From assembly GCF_009914755.1 (NCBI RefSeq), contig NC_060944.1: DNA of 64,000 bases. One strand, written 5' to 3'. The notes under the pieces were generated by a model. The model did not search any database and was not told the origin of the DNA. It saw only the letters and a program-made list of their open reading frames with translations. Made by a program: the position numbers and the translations under genes. This document shows positions 1 through 14,410 of the stretch, one piece after another. How positions within the stretch are numbered: the stretch's first letter is position 1; every line of letters begins with the position of its first letter. Origin of the DNA: the human T2T-CHM13v2.0 reference genome, Homo sapiens.

Positions 1-78
1 GTCATTTAAGGATGCGAGGAGAGAAGGCTTGAATGTGCACAGAGACAGCCAAGAGGATAGCATTAGGGTGGGAAGAAC

Positions 79-232
79 TGGGCTTTGAATCAGAGTATGT
101 GGGTGCAAGTCCATGCTCCAGTGCTCACCAGCTGTGTGACACTGGACGTATCACTTAAGCTTTCTGAGCCTCTACATCTATGAGAGATAGGTTATGGGAC
201 TTGTTCAAATGTACACAGATGGAAAGTGCAGC
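79..232 (+). mobile_element. MIR SINE fragment
   Basis: MIR core 'gctgtgtgacactggacgtatcacttaagctttctgagcctc' resembles the recalled consensus. Confidence 0.6.
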
Positions 233-504
233 AATCCAAATTCTAACTTTGATCTGTCCAATTTATTATTCGTTCATCGAAAAATGTTTACTGAACAAGT
301 CATTGTGCCAGATATGGGGAATATCTCCTGTCATTGAGCCATCAAGGAAGAAAGAGCTTAAACAAATAATAATGAGTGTGGTTAGTGCTATAGAGAAGCA
401 GAGGGTCTATTAGAAGAATATAAAAGGAAGAACAGTAAATGGGGTAAAAAATGGTATAATTTATATTCTAGTAGAACACTCACTATTACAGCTATTATTA
501 TCTA

Positions 505-900
505 AGATGCAGAAACATTTTATGCACAAATCTATTAGTTATAATATTATTCATAATAACAGGAAGTTGGAAACAACCTAAGCGTCCAACCATAGGGGAC
601 CAGTTAAATAAATTGTGCCAAATTGTTGTGTTATATAATAGAGTCACTTAAAATGATGCTTATTATAGTTTATGATGTTATGGGGGAAACATACAGTAAA
701 TGTGTGAAAAATACAGAGCATGAGGTTGTTTATACTGTATAATCTCATATATACTTGAGGAAAGAGCCTATGTATGTAATATATGTAAACTATATAATTC
801 ACATGTATTTGGGTGAAGAGTATGTGAAGGAAGAACCTAGATCATTCTGAGTAGTGGTGGAAATTATAAACAATTATTTTTATTTATTTTTTCATACATT
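505..900 (+). mobile_element. Old L1M (L1ME-like) 3' end fragment
   Basis: 'ggaagttggaaacaacctaagcgtccaaccataggggaccagttaaataaattgtg' matches the L1 ORF2-end/3'UTR motif. Confidence 0.55.
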
Positions 901-1159
901 TCATAAATTCCCTAGCGAACCAAAGGAAAATAATAAATAAAACCTCATGCAGCACTAATGTATTTGTTGAATACCTGCTCTAATGTCACAAGAATTTATG
1001 TGGCCCTTAGGAATACAGGAGATCATAAGGTATGTCAAGGATTCACCTAGGAGGAGCCCATATGCTTGCTGGGATACACAAAATAAACATATGCTGCAAT
1101 AGAAAACAAGATGATGCTAAATAATAATAATTCAGGCAATTCACTGAGTGTTAGCATAA

Positions 1160-1400
1160 CAGCAACTTGCCTTAAATGAGCATGTACTCTACCCGAGATA
1201 CTGTTGTAAATACTTTCCATATGTCATCACCTTGCATGATGGGAACACACATTACTCCATTTTATGGATGTCATAATTGAGACTGAGAGAGTTACTTAGT
1301 AACTTTGCTAAGGTCACACAACTAATAAGTGATGAAGTCAGATTCCAACCCTTGCTTTTTTAATATTAAGGCTGGGCTCCTCATCATTATGCTGCAATGC
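1160..1400 (-). mobile_element. MIR SINE
   Basis: 'ccattttatggatg...gagactgagagagttac...aaggtcacacaactaataagtg' is the reverse MIR core. Confidence 0.65.
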
Positions 1401-1954
1401 CTATGAACAGCTTTCTAGGGAAGAGAAAAGTTGAAGTTGGCCTTAAAGAATGGTAGGATTTATAGAGACACAGGAACCACAGCAGGGAATGGAACATGGG
1501 GGACACATAATTTGATATTTTCTGAATACTTATTGGGTTCTTCTCTGAGCTAGACGTGGGGAGAATTGGGTGGCCTCAGCCCTGCTCACTGGGCACATTC
1601 ATTCAATGCATGCTTGCTGAGCTCCTGCTGTATGCCCCCACACGATGTGCAAGGAGAACCATGGCCCCCACTCTTACGAAAAATGCAGGCTAGTGGCAGG
1701 TACTGACACTAAACATAAAGCAAAAACAATCTGTGAAGAAAAATAAAGCTCCAATTAAGAAAAGTGAAATGTCTATAAAAGAGTCAAAAGCAGATACGTG
1801 TGTCAAGGATGAACAGAAAGGCTGGGAGCTGGCTCTGGGATCTGAATTAAAAATGATTCTCAGCTTGGCTAAGGATATTTGGGGTCCATTCACAGGCAAT
1901 TCTCAGAATAATAATTGTTAATAGGGACTGGAACTTAAAACTTATCTCATCAGG

Positions 1955-2085
1955 ATATTGGCTTGACTTCATCTGAATCTCAGTTACCTAGTCTTTACAA
2001 TGGGGATTATAATATCTAGGTTGCAGAGTTGTTGCGTGAATGAAAAGGATATGGCACATAAAGAGTTGACCACAATGCCTGCAGA
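1955..2085 (+). mobile_element. MIR SINE fragment
   Basis: 'ctcagttacctagtctttacaatggggattataatatc...gagttgttgcgtgaat'. Confidence 0.6.
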
Positions 2086-2404
2086 AGGAAAGGAGCCAAA
2101 GCCATTGTTATTGCTTTAGGGGGCAAAGAGCAAAAAGATGGAGGTATTGTGACTTCAAAATCTAACTTTTCTTATATGAACATGAATTCTTTTCCATTGG
2201 TCTTTGGGTCCTACTGGAATGATATATGATGGATCCATTCTTTCACAGCCTATGCTCTGGGAAGTGCATATCCATTGAGAAGGATTTGTGCTGGTAACTG
2301 TTTTCTCTTTTTCCTCTTCTTCTTCCTCCACATCCTCTCCCTTATGTTATTATTATGTTTGCAAAGCTTTATCCCCTTCATATACTCTCTGTCCTTCTCT
2401 GTAC

Positions 2405-2720
2405 CTTATAAAGTCAACCTCCATAGATCCCATCAACTGGCTCCCTTGCTATTGTCTCCAAATTGGGATTGGCCCGTGGGAGCTTCCAGCTGGTGATTGG
2501 AGGGAAGGAGTAGGGAGAGGTCAGAGTGTTTCTTCCCCACTCCCCCTTGGTGTCCTGTTTCTGGCAATAGCTTCCTCCCATTGTGACTACAGCTCTCACC
2601 TGTAGGACCCTTCTCCAATAATACATACTCCGATTATTCTTGCAGCCTAGGGATGGTAATAACTTTGCATTGCAAATCCTGAGTACCCCTTGCTTATTCC
2701 CTTAACTTTGGCCCCTGAAC
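2405..2720 (+). mobile_element. LTR33-like ERVL LTR fragment
   Basis: 'ggctcccttgc...gattggagggaaggagtagggagagg...cagcctagggatggtaataac' resembles recalled LTR33. Confidence 0.5.
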
Positions 2721-4252
2721 CTCCTATATTCTGGTGATGCTGAGGATCTCACCTGAGAGTGCTGCTCCAGGTTTGCCTGATGGTGGGCGTGGGCAGTGGG
2801 AGAGAAATCACAGCATTGACGGTCTTCTCTTCTCCAACTCAGCACCCTGAATCGAGTTCTGGTCTTGAGTGCTAATTGGTCTGCTCTCCTGCTGAAAAGT
2901 GGCCAAAGTGAATTTGTTTGCAATGTGAAGGGAACCTTGAGCTCTGGAGGCCCAGTATAATGCCAGTGCTTAATGGCTCTGTGGAGTTCTGCTGGATACA
3001 AAGGAGGGAGAAGAGAGGGCATCTCTTCTTCCCCCTAACATCTCAGCCTGTGGGAGTGATTGTATCCCTGCCACTTGTCTTTCTAAAGAGGCTGAGCCGC
3101 CTGAGGGCTCGAAGTCATGCCTGGTCAACTTCTTCCCTTCCAGGCAGAGCTTTGCCACCTCACTCCTCAAAAAGCCACATAAAAAGTGAGATGGGATTTT
3201 AAAGTGGTTTTATATCCCTTTGTATACGATATGGCACATCTGGAATAAGGAGTGACATGGAAATGGATGTTGGTGGGCCTGGTGTACTTCAACAGATCCA
3301 ACAACTGGATAAGGGATGACATCACTGGTATTTTCCCAATATGCTCTGGAGTTGTAAAGAGGCTGCTACAGCAGCATTGCTGGGGGACTCTTTCTAAGGT
3401 CCAAGTGCTCTAAGAACTCTGAGTAGAATATGGAAAACTGTTCTTGACTGCCTGGCATGTTGACTCTTCCTGTTCTATAGACTCTGTGTTTCTGGTCATA
3501 GGCATAGTCATATGAAGCTCATTCCCCAGGACATGCAGATGAATCCTTGCATGGGCCTTTGATCCTAACAAGGCAAGTTAAATTCCTTCCCTAAATTGAT
3601 GTTATGAAAGGAATGATCTCTCTGGTCTCAAGGAGGCATGGAAAAAGTCATTTGCAATGGGAAAGCCTGAGAATGACACATGGAGAAAAGTAGATTTGAA
3701 CAATGGAAAAGGTGACTACATAGTGACCACACTGTTCAAGTGCCCTGATGCAGCTGTATCTTAACCCCTGGATTTTCTTTTTCTTTTTCTTCTCAAATCC
3801 TTAGCTTACTTGCTGGCTGTTTACCTACTCTGAGTTACAGTTCTAAGAGCTTTGACAGATACAGTGTTTCTACAAAAAATTCTACGGCTAGTGGAGCCTG
3901 TATAGACTTAGGTAACAGTGAATGAGCCCTGACTCCACCCATTTTATATCAGGATAAGTTCTCTAACTTATGTGACTCTGATCACGAAGAGCGTCCACTA
4001 GGAAAGACTTGATTATCTTCCAAAATTGTCTGCAAATAAAGGTACACAGGTAATCCCAAATTTATCAAAGTTGCTGTAGCCAGGGCAACACTCCTTGCCT
4101 TTGCCTGCCTCAAGCTAGGAGGTGATGGGGACTACAACCCCTAAGGTGTCATCTGCCTTTCAGGGGCACCAGGATCCTGGTTCAGCCAGGACGAGCATCA
4201 GGCCTGCCAAAGCAGGTATTCAACAAACTCTATAAGGTTTGATCACAACTAG

Positions 4253-4649
<397 letters not shown>

Positions 4650-6149
4650 ATGTTTTCTTGTAACTAAGAATTTTTTCCAATCCCCTAACAATTTTTGATA
4701 TTTTCTAAATGTTCTAAGGTGAACTTGTATTATATTTATAATATAGAAAAATTCTCTTATGTATAAAACAACATTTGTTAATTGAAGAAAGTGTGAATTG
4801 TCTTCCACTGCCCAGAGGAAAATGTGAGAAATCCCTGGAGGAAATAAGTAGAGAGAAGTAGAAGTCCCTGGTTATTTTTTGCTCTCAGAGCTTGATGTGT
4901 TGAGAATTTTGTGTCAAGGTCTTTGACCTATATCCTGAAGCCTTGCTCTCACCTCTCACCAGTAGGATTTAGGGGCAAATGGCAGAGAGTGCTTTGTGGA
5001 TTAGCAAAATCCTAAGTGGATATTTTTGCACCACAAATTGCATCCATGCAGGTGTGAGGAGTTGGATTTCTCCCTGTGCCCACTTTTCTATTCTCCTTAA
5101 AGAAGATGAGCTGTTAACCAGAATTAGTCTCTGTTCTCCTGTACTCTTTCAGGTTTCTCTCATAGGGAAGGAGGAAGAGTCTGTAAGGAAGGACATCAGG
5201 AGACACTTTGCAATAAGGATCATGTCAGCGGTTGAAGCAAAGCAGCTGAAACGACTCAGCCTCTGATAACACATCTTCTATCAGCCTATTTACTTATCCT
5301 ATGGACTACCCTGGGACAGCAGTTCTGATTCTAGGACTCCCATAAAACCCAGGGCAGATTCACTCAGTTCCTCCAAACCTCTGCCTGATCCTCTCCTCCC
5401 CCATTTCCATCACATAATTCCTCATGGTGAGAAAGCAGGTTGTGTTTATTTAGATAAAGATATATTACTGTAATAGAATTACTAATTATGTTAAACAACT
5501 TTTTCCTTAAACAAAACATTCCATGGTTGGGGATGGAAACCATTAGTGTGAGTAGGAGGAGGGAGGAGGAGAAGAGGGAAGTTGTGTTTTTCTTTCCCCC
5601 TGATTTATGAAGGTGTGATAATCTTGGACCGCTCACAAGTTGAGCTTTTCCGTGGATAACTGGATTCTGCTTTGCCAGCTATAATTTGAAGCAAATTTTG
5701 CTCTAACCAATCTCCTCCTCCACATTAATGTTTATTAAAAGTCAGCCACAGCACATACAGATGCCTCCAACACCATGGCCATGCCCCCAGGGCCAACTCC
5801 AGGTTATTGCAAGGGAGGTGGGAACTCCTACCTCTGCTTTGCTTTCACAAAGCATGAGCAAAATAGGAGGACTGGGGAGGGAATCTGTAGCTCCGTACTG
5901 AAGTCAGCAGACAATGCTGCTTTGGGGGTTGTTGGTATTACAAATGTTATGTAAGGACACAGCAATACTATGAGTCTTTAGTCTGGAATCCCTTAGGGGA
6001 ATATGAGGAGAAGGGACTGATTACTATACACTCAACATATGAAGCTTTGGGAACCATTGTAAGCGTTTCCTTTTATTTCCTGCATGTGTCTTTCCTTAAT
6101 TTTCTCCACTGAGAAGATCATCCTTACCATCTCTGCCTACTTCATTGAG

Positions 6150-6865
6150 CCAACAGACTTCGGTTGGATTCCCCCAAAAGCAAACTTGGAGACAAGGATG
6201 TGGGTGCAAGCAGTTGATTTAGGAGGGGGTCCAAGAAAACACTGTTAGGGGAGTAGGGAAGTGATATGGTTTGGCTGTGTTCCCACCCAGATCTCATCTG
6301 AATTCCCATGTGTTCTGGGAGGGACCTGGTGGGAGACAAGTGAATCATGGGGGCAGGTCTTAGGTCTTTCCCATGCTGTTCTCAGGATAGTGAATAAGTG
6401 TCATGAGATCTGATGGTTTTATAAGGGGGAGTTTCCCTGCACAAACTCTCTTTGCCTGCTGCCATCCATGAAAGACGTGACTTGTTCCTTCTTGCCTTCT
6501 GCCTTGATTGTGAGGCCTCCTTAGCCATGTGGAAGTCTAAGTCCATTAAGCCTTTTTCCTGTATAAATTACCCAGGTATGTCTTTATTAGCAGCATGAAA
6601 ACAGGCTAATATAGGAAGTAAGAAGGAAAGAGAATGAGTCAACAGAGGGTCCACTGATGAACAGGTTTCTGCTATTGGTAACTGTGATTCATTCTCACTA
6701 GATATCTCAGAAAGTCTGTATAGTACAGGCCTTGGAGCTCCCAGGACTGAGGACTCTGGGGTATCAATCTACTAACTTCTGTCTATCACTGATTAAGGGC
6801 TGCTTCTGGAGTGTTAGTTTCTTGGCACCCCTGGTCTGTCCTGCACATGAGAACACTCCTGCAGT
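6150..6865 (-). mobile_element. LTR16-like ERVL LTR, interrupted by THE1
   Basis: 'ggttggattcccccaaaagcaaacttggagacaaggatgtgggtgcaagcagttgattt' is the reverse LTR16 3' end; sequence resumes after 6613. Confidence 0.55.
6262..6613 (+). mobile_element. THE1 (A/B-type) MaLR solo LTR
   Basis: Starts 'tgatatggtttggctgtg', ends 'gcatgaaaacaggctaatata'; 5-bp TSD ggaag at 6257-6261 and 6614-6618. Confidence 0.9.
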
Positions 6866-7049
6866 GAGAAGATGGGGTATATGTACTTTTCCCTGTTCTT
6901 CCCAGTAAGCACAACTAAAAATCCTGGATATTATGTGTAAAACAAATATACTAATATTCTGACAGGAGGAGAGAAGAAGGCAGACTGGCTAGGATCTCAC
7001 CACCTGAGGAATGATATGATGGTGAATTCCTTTAAGCTTCCATTCTCCC

Positions 7050-7363
<314 letters not shown>

Positions 7364-9051
7364 TCATATACCCAAGACACTGCACTGAAGAATCCAGAAA
7401 CCTGGAAACACGAACGTGCAGATTTTTTTTTTAAACCATCACCAACAAGATTATTAATATGTTAAATGCATCTTATAAAGATGTTTAAAAATCCATAATA
7501 AAAATATTTCAACAAGCAAATATAAATGTGTCTAAAACAAATAAAAAATAAAAAGCCTCAGAAAGGAAAGTCACAGTTAGTAAATAAAAGATACAAATAA
7601 CTGCCACATGAAAATTTTAGAACTGAAAAGTATCATACCAAAAGAAAAAGCTCAATATATGGATTCAACAGTAGAATTAAGGGAACAGAGGAAAGAATCA
7701 GTGAACTTGAAGACAGAACAATAGAGAATGCTGAATCTGAACATCAAAGACATAATAGACTGAAAAAAATTAACAGAGCCTTAGGGACCTATGACACTGT
7801 AACAAAAAGTCTAAGATTTGTATTATTAGATACCCAAAGGAGAGGAGAAAGAGAGCACAATTGAAAAAAAACTTGAATAAACAAATAGTGGCTGAAAACT
7901 TCCCAAACTTGCTAAGAGACGTAAACATACTTAAGAAACTGAGTGAATCCCAAGTAGGGTAAACCTAAAGAAATCTATGTCTAGACACACCAAAATTAAA
8001 TTTCTTAAAACTAAAGACAAGAAAAAAACTCTTAAAAGCATTAAAAGCAGTCAGAGAAAACCAACAACTTGCCTATTAGGGAGAAACAATTTAAAAGATC
8101 ATGGATTTTACATTAGAAAGCATGGAGGCCAGAAGAAAGTGACAGAGTACTTTCCAAGTGCTGCAGTGAAAGAACCATCAACTCGGACTCCTGTATCCAA
8201 TGAAAACAACCTTCAGGAACGAAGGGAAAATCAAGACACTCTCAGATAAAGAAAAATCAAGATAATTTTTTACCCATAGATGTAATCTAAAATAAAGACA
8301 AAGGGAATTTGTCTAAACAAAAAAGAAAAGGATAAAAGAAAACAAAGAAAGACTGTATTAAGGTAAAAAATAAAAGAAAATGTAATAGATTTTCCTTCTC
8401 ATCTTTGGTTTGTTGACTAAATTACATTTGTTGATTGAACAAAAGCTATGCTATCTGATGTTAATATGGTTCTCATGTATGTAGAGGAAATAGTTCAGAC
8501 AATTATGTTGTAAATGGAAAAGGGCAAGACAACATAGAGGCAAGTTTTCTTCAATTCACTTGAACTCGTAAATTATCAACACCACTAGACTGTGATAAGC
8601 TATATATATGTTTAAGAAAGCTATTTTTAAAAGCTATTTAAAAAGATGCACCCAAAAACACTATGATTAAGTCGAAATAAAATGCTAAAAACTGTTCAAG
8701 TAACTCACAGAAAGGCATAGAGAAAAAATAAAACAGATAGAACAAAACAGACAACACAAAATAAAATGGCAGGCTTAAAGCCTAACCCATCAATAATCAC
8801 ATTAAATGTAGCTATTTCAACACACCAAGTATGAGACAAAGATTGGGTAAATGTAAATGCCTCAATATACCAATTAAGAGACAAAGATTGGGTTAGAAAA
8901 CAAGACCAACTATGTGCTGTCTACAGGAAACTAATTTCAAATATAATAAAATAGGTAAGTTCAAAGTAAAAAAATTAAAAGAGGTCTATGTACTATATAA
9001 ATATTAATCAAAAGAAAGCAGCAGTTATTATATTAATATCAGATAGACTTT

Positions 9052-9620
9052 TTAAATCAGGAAGTTTATCTCTATTATTATTATACTTTAAGTTTTAGGG
9101 TACATGTGTACGACGTGCAGGTTTGTTACGTATGTATACATGTGCCATGTTGGTGTGCTGTACCCATTAACTCGTCATTTAGCATTAGGTATATCTCCTA
9201 ATGCTATCCCTCCCCTCTGCCCCCACCCCACAACAGTCACCAGTGTGTGATGTTCCCCTTCCTGTGTCCATGTGTTCTCATCGTTCAATTCCCATCTATA
9301 AGTGAGAACATGCGGTGTTTGTTTTTTTGTCCTTGCGATAGTTTGCTGAGAATGATGGTTTCCAATTTCATCCATGTCCCTACAAAGGACATGAACTCAT
9401 CATTTTTTATGGCTGCATAGTATTCCATGGTGTATATGTGCCACATTTTCTGAATCCAGTCTATCGTTGTTGGACATTTAGGTTGGTTCCAAGTCTTTGC
9501 TATTGTGAATAATGCCGCAGTAAACATACGTGTGCATGTGTCTTTATAGCAGCATGATTTATAATCCTTTGGATATATACCCAGTAATGGGATGGCTGGG
9601 TCAAATGGTATTTCTAGTTC
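9052..9620 (-). mobile_element. Young L1PA (L1PA2-4-like) 5'-truncated 3' end, inserted into the old L1
   Basis: ORF 9285-9527(-) is the L1 ORF2 C-terminus ([19 protein letters not shown]); 13-bp TSD tcagatagacttt at 9039-9051 and 9621-9633. Confidence 0.95.
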
Positions 9621-9951
9621 TCAGATAGACTTTAGACCAAAGAAAACTATCAGGGACGGAAAGGCACATCACATAATAATAAAAGGATCAGTGAATCAGG
9701 AAGACATAGCAAACCCAAATGTATATACAATGAAAAATAGAGACATAAAGTAAGGAAAGCAACAGTTGATCAAATTGAAAGAAGAAATAGACAAATTCAC
9801 AATTAGAGTTGGGGACTTCAATACCCCTCTTTAACAAATGATAGAACAACTGGACATAAAATCGGGAAGGACATAGAATTCAAAAACATTAACAACCAAC
9901 AAGATCTAATTGACATTTATAAAACATTCCATCCAACAATAGCACATTATA

Positions 9952-10346
9952 CAGATGGTCCCCAAATTATAATGGCTTGACTCATGACTCATGGTGTAAA
10001 AGTGATATGTATTCAGTAGAAACCGTCCTTTGAATTTTGAATTTTGGTCTTTTCCTAGCCTAGTGATATGAAGTACAGTACTCTCTCATGATGCTGGTCA
10101 GCAAACCCCAGCTCCCAGTCAGCCAAATTATGTGGGTAAACAACTGATACTCTACAGCATGCTGTGTTGCCAGATGATTTTGCCCAACAATAGGGTAATA
10201 TAAGGTGTTCTAAGCACATCTAAGGTAGGCTAGGCTAGGCTATAATTTTGATAGGTTAGGTGTATTAAATGCATTTTCAACTTAATATTTTCAACTTATG
10301 ATAGATTTATCAGAATGTAATTCCATTGTAAGTAAAGGAGCATCTG
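9952..10346. mobile_element. MER47B-like TcMar-Tigger DNA transposon
   Basis: Terminal inverted ends cagatgg... / ...gcatctg with TA on both sides; internal 'attcagtagaaaccgt' and 'ggtaggctaggcta' match recalled MER47. Confidence 0.8.
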
Positions 10347-12451
10347 TATACTTTTTTTAAATGCTCACATGAAATGTATATAAAGATAGAACATCTCTTG
10401 GATCATAGACAGAACTCAACAAGTTTAAAACAATTGAAATTACGTAGATTGTTTTTTTCTGACCACAGTGTAATCAACTGGAAATTAAAGAAAGAGATAA
10501 CAAAGTATTCTCCAACCACTTAGAAACAAAACAGCATACTTCTAAATAATTTATGATTCAAAGAGGAAGTCTCAAGAAAAATTTAAAAATACATGGGAAA
10601 TTTTAAATAAAAATATAATGTATCAAAACGTTTGGGACACAGCTAAAGCAATGCTGAGAGAAAAATTTACAGGACTAAACGTTTTATTTTGAAAAAAGGA
10701 AAGATTTCAAATAAATCATCTCAGTTGTCTTCTCAAGAAATTAGAAAATGAGGAATAAAATAAAACCAAGGTGAGCAGAAGAATTAAGAAATTACAAAGA
10801 TCAGAGTAGAAATCAATAAAATTAAAAACAGAAAAGCAATAGAGACTATCGATGAAACAAAAAACTGGTTCTTTGAAAAGATCAGTAAAATTGACAAACT
10901 TCTAACAAGACTGATGGAGCAAAAAATAGACAAGACAAAATTACCAATATCAGGAATGAAACAGAGGGTATCTCTACAGACCATGCAGACAGCAAAAGAA
11001 TAACAATGAAATATAATGAAGAACTTGACACACAAATTTGAGAACATAGATGAAATGGACCATTCCTTAGACAATACAAACCAACACAGCTCACCTAGTA
11101 TGAAATAGATAATTTATATAGCCCAATAACCATTAAAAATTAAAGGTATATATAATTAAAGCCATCAGAAAGAAATCTTCAGGTTCAAGTGTTTTCACTG
11201 GAGAGTTCCACTAAATGTTTAAACAAGATTTAATGTCAATTCTATGCAGTCTCTTCCAGGAAATAAAAGAGAACTGTTCCCAAATAATTTTATAAAGCCA
11301 GTATTATCTGGATACCAAAACCAGACAAGAAAGGCAAAAAAGAAAAAAAAGTGTTGACCAATATCTCTCATGAATATAGAAACAAGTTATTATGAAATGT
11401 TGGCAAATGGAGCTCTGCAACATATAAGAAGAATTATAAAACATGGCTAAGGGGGGGTTTATTCCAAGTATGCCAAGACTGTTTTAATATCCAAAAATCA
11501 ATGTAATTCCCACATTAACATACTAAGATAAAAATTGTATGATAATATTAATGGCTGTAGAAAAAGCTTTGACAAAATTCAATAACCATTAATGATAAAA
11601 ACTCTCAGAAAAACAGAAATAAAGTAGAACTTCCTTAACTTGCTAAAGAACACCTACAAAAAAATGTTTAATGTAATATTAGTGGTAAAAGATTAAACAT
11701 TTTTCCTCCAAGAATGAAAGTGAGACAAGGAGTTTTCTTACCACTGCTATTCCACATAGTAGTGGAAGTCTTAGCCAGCTCAATAAATCAAGGAAATGTA
11801 ATAAAGAGTACACAAATTAGAAATAGATGACATGATAATTGTCATAGAAAATCCCAAGTAATCGACAAAAAAACTGCTAGACATAAGCAAATTAAGCAAA
11901 GTTGCAGGGTCCAAGCTCAACATACAAAAGTTAATTATATTTTTGTATGTTAACAGTAAACATGTGAAAACAGAAGTTTCAAGTATCATTTAAATCATTA
12001 AAATATTGAAGTGCTTAGGTGTAAATCTAACAAAATATATACAGGACTTGTATGCTGAAAACTACACAATGCTGATTAAAGAAATCAGAGAAGATCTAAG
12101 TAAATGAAAAGACAGACCATGTTCATGGATTGGAAAACAATATAGTCAAGTAGTTACTACTCCTCCAGTTGATAAGTTAGTTTAACATTCTTATAAAAAT
12201 CATAGCATTTTTGTATAGATATTGATGAGATTATCCGAAAACTTAAATGGAAAGGGAGGGTAACTAGATAGCTAAAAAACAATTTTGATGAAGTAGAATA
12301 AAACTGTAGGACTTAATATACCCAATTTCAAGCCTTATTATATAGTTACATTAATCAAGACTCTATGATAGTAGGTGGAGAGATAGATACAAAAAGCAGT
12401 GTAACAGAAAAGAGAAGTCAGAAAAAGGCCCACGCAAATACAGACAACAGT

Positions 12452-13119
12452 TTTCTTTTAATTAAAATTCTGATAAAGGTAGTTGTAGATTCACATGCAT
12501 TTGTAAAACTAACATAGAGAGATCCTTTGTAAACTTTGCCCAGTTTCCCCCAATGATAACATTTGCAAAGCTATAGTATAATTTCACAACCAGGATATTA
12601 ATATTGATACACTATATTAGCTTTATCCAGTTTTATTTACTCATTTCTATATATGTGTGTGTGTTACTAAGTTTCATACAATTTATCACCTGTGTAGGTC
12701 CTTGAACCCCCCTATCACAATTAAAATTCTAAACAGTTCTAATGCCGCAAGAACCCCTTGGGTTGTTGTTTTATAACCACTTCCCTCCTGTTCCTTTGAA
12801 ATTCCCTCTCTCCCATCCCTAACTCCTGGAAATTTAGAATATCTCCACTGTTTATAAAATGTCATCATTTTGAAAGTATTATAGAGATGGAATTATATAG
12901 TAAGTCACCTTTTGGAGAAATTCTTACTCAGCAGACTACCCAGAGTTGATGCATATAGCAACAATTCATTCTTTTTTCATTGCTAAACAGTATTCCATTG
13001 CATGCATGTATAACCATTCACCATTGAAGGGCATTTGGGCAGATTTCAGAGTTTGGCTGTTACAAATAAAGCTGCTGTGAACATGCCTGTACAGGTTTTT
13101 GTGTGTACAGAAATTTTCA
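12452..13119 (-). mobile_element. L1MC-type 3' end
   Basis: 'tgtagattcacatgcatttgtaa...cccagtttcccccaatgataacatttgcaaagctatagta' is the reverse L1MC1-3 3'UTR. Confidence 0.75.
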
Positions 13120-13759
13120 GGGAAGCGCAAGTGAGATGTGGCACAAGACAGAAGGTGCTTGAGTAAAATTATTTGACCCTGAATCTAGCTATACCTGAGG
13201 TCATCAACATTCCCTTCAACTTCTTAATTGTGAGGGAGTTTATATCACTTGTTTTATATTACTAAAAAGCAGTCACTTATCAGGTATTCACAGTGGGTCA
13301 TCTCTTATGTCTTTGCCCCAAAAAGTACAAATTACTTTTTAAAGAAGTTTGGCCCCTGGAGGCCAATGAAGAGTTTTAGCAACATAAGCCTGTTACATAG
13401 AACAGGGGAGAAAGGTTCCTAATGCATTTTGTACTTCATTCTATAGTTAGCTTTTGAAAATATTTGGCATAAAGTAAATACTTACTATAAATATTTGGTT
13501 CCAAGATAAATGCTCTTGGTATTCTCCAAAGTCTGTGGTGGCCAGTAGGGTTCAGGAACCCTGACATGACTCCACAGTGGCCCCTGGACCACGGAAAAGC
13601 TGCCGATGGCTGTGATGATCTGTGGTAGCTGATGGCTGGTCGTGGAGAGAGGATGCTGGGTGATGACAGCACTGTCAGGGGATGATAGACCAGGTCCAGG
13701 GCCCCATAGATTGCTATGTGAGATAGTGGTGTTGGCTGTCATCTGATTTGTCATTATTA

Positions 13760-14101
<342 letters not shown>

Positions 14102-14410
14102 TCAGTAGATTTGGTGAATAAAAAAAAGGACTGACTTCATTCAGGTAGAGATAAACTGGCACCTGAGCCTCTGTCCTTCTGGAAGAGAAATTACATATGT
14201 TTCGGAAGCTCAGAATAATTGAGAGCAAATTTGCATTTAACTTCAACAGAAGCCAGTTTGGACACTGAAGTATCAATATATAAAAACTGGAGATCATCAA
14301 TAAAGAACTAGAAAGATAGACATCTTTATCTGAGTATGGAACAGACACTTTCCAACAAATACTAAAAGAAGATGAATCTCAACATTTAAAACAAGTTGAT
14401 GAAAATAGAT

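Noticed and set aside
7420-13119. Twin-priming (5'-inverted) single L1
   Set aside because: The antisense piece has its tail next to the sense piece, the wrong geometry for twin priming; an independent insertion fits better
13630-13740. Assigning the pseudogene to MIA3/TANGO1 (DDRPGP resembles TANGO1 DDVQPGP)
   Set aside because: Coiled-coil, C-terminal (DQITKE, EDPEPQ) and 3'UTR matches follow cTAGE5/MIA2; no TANGO1 luminal region is seen
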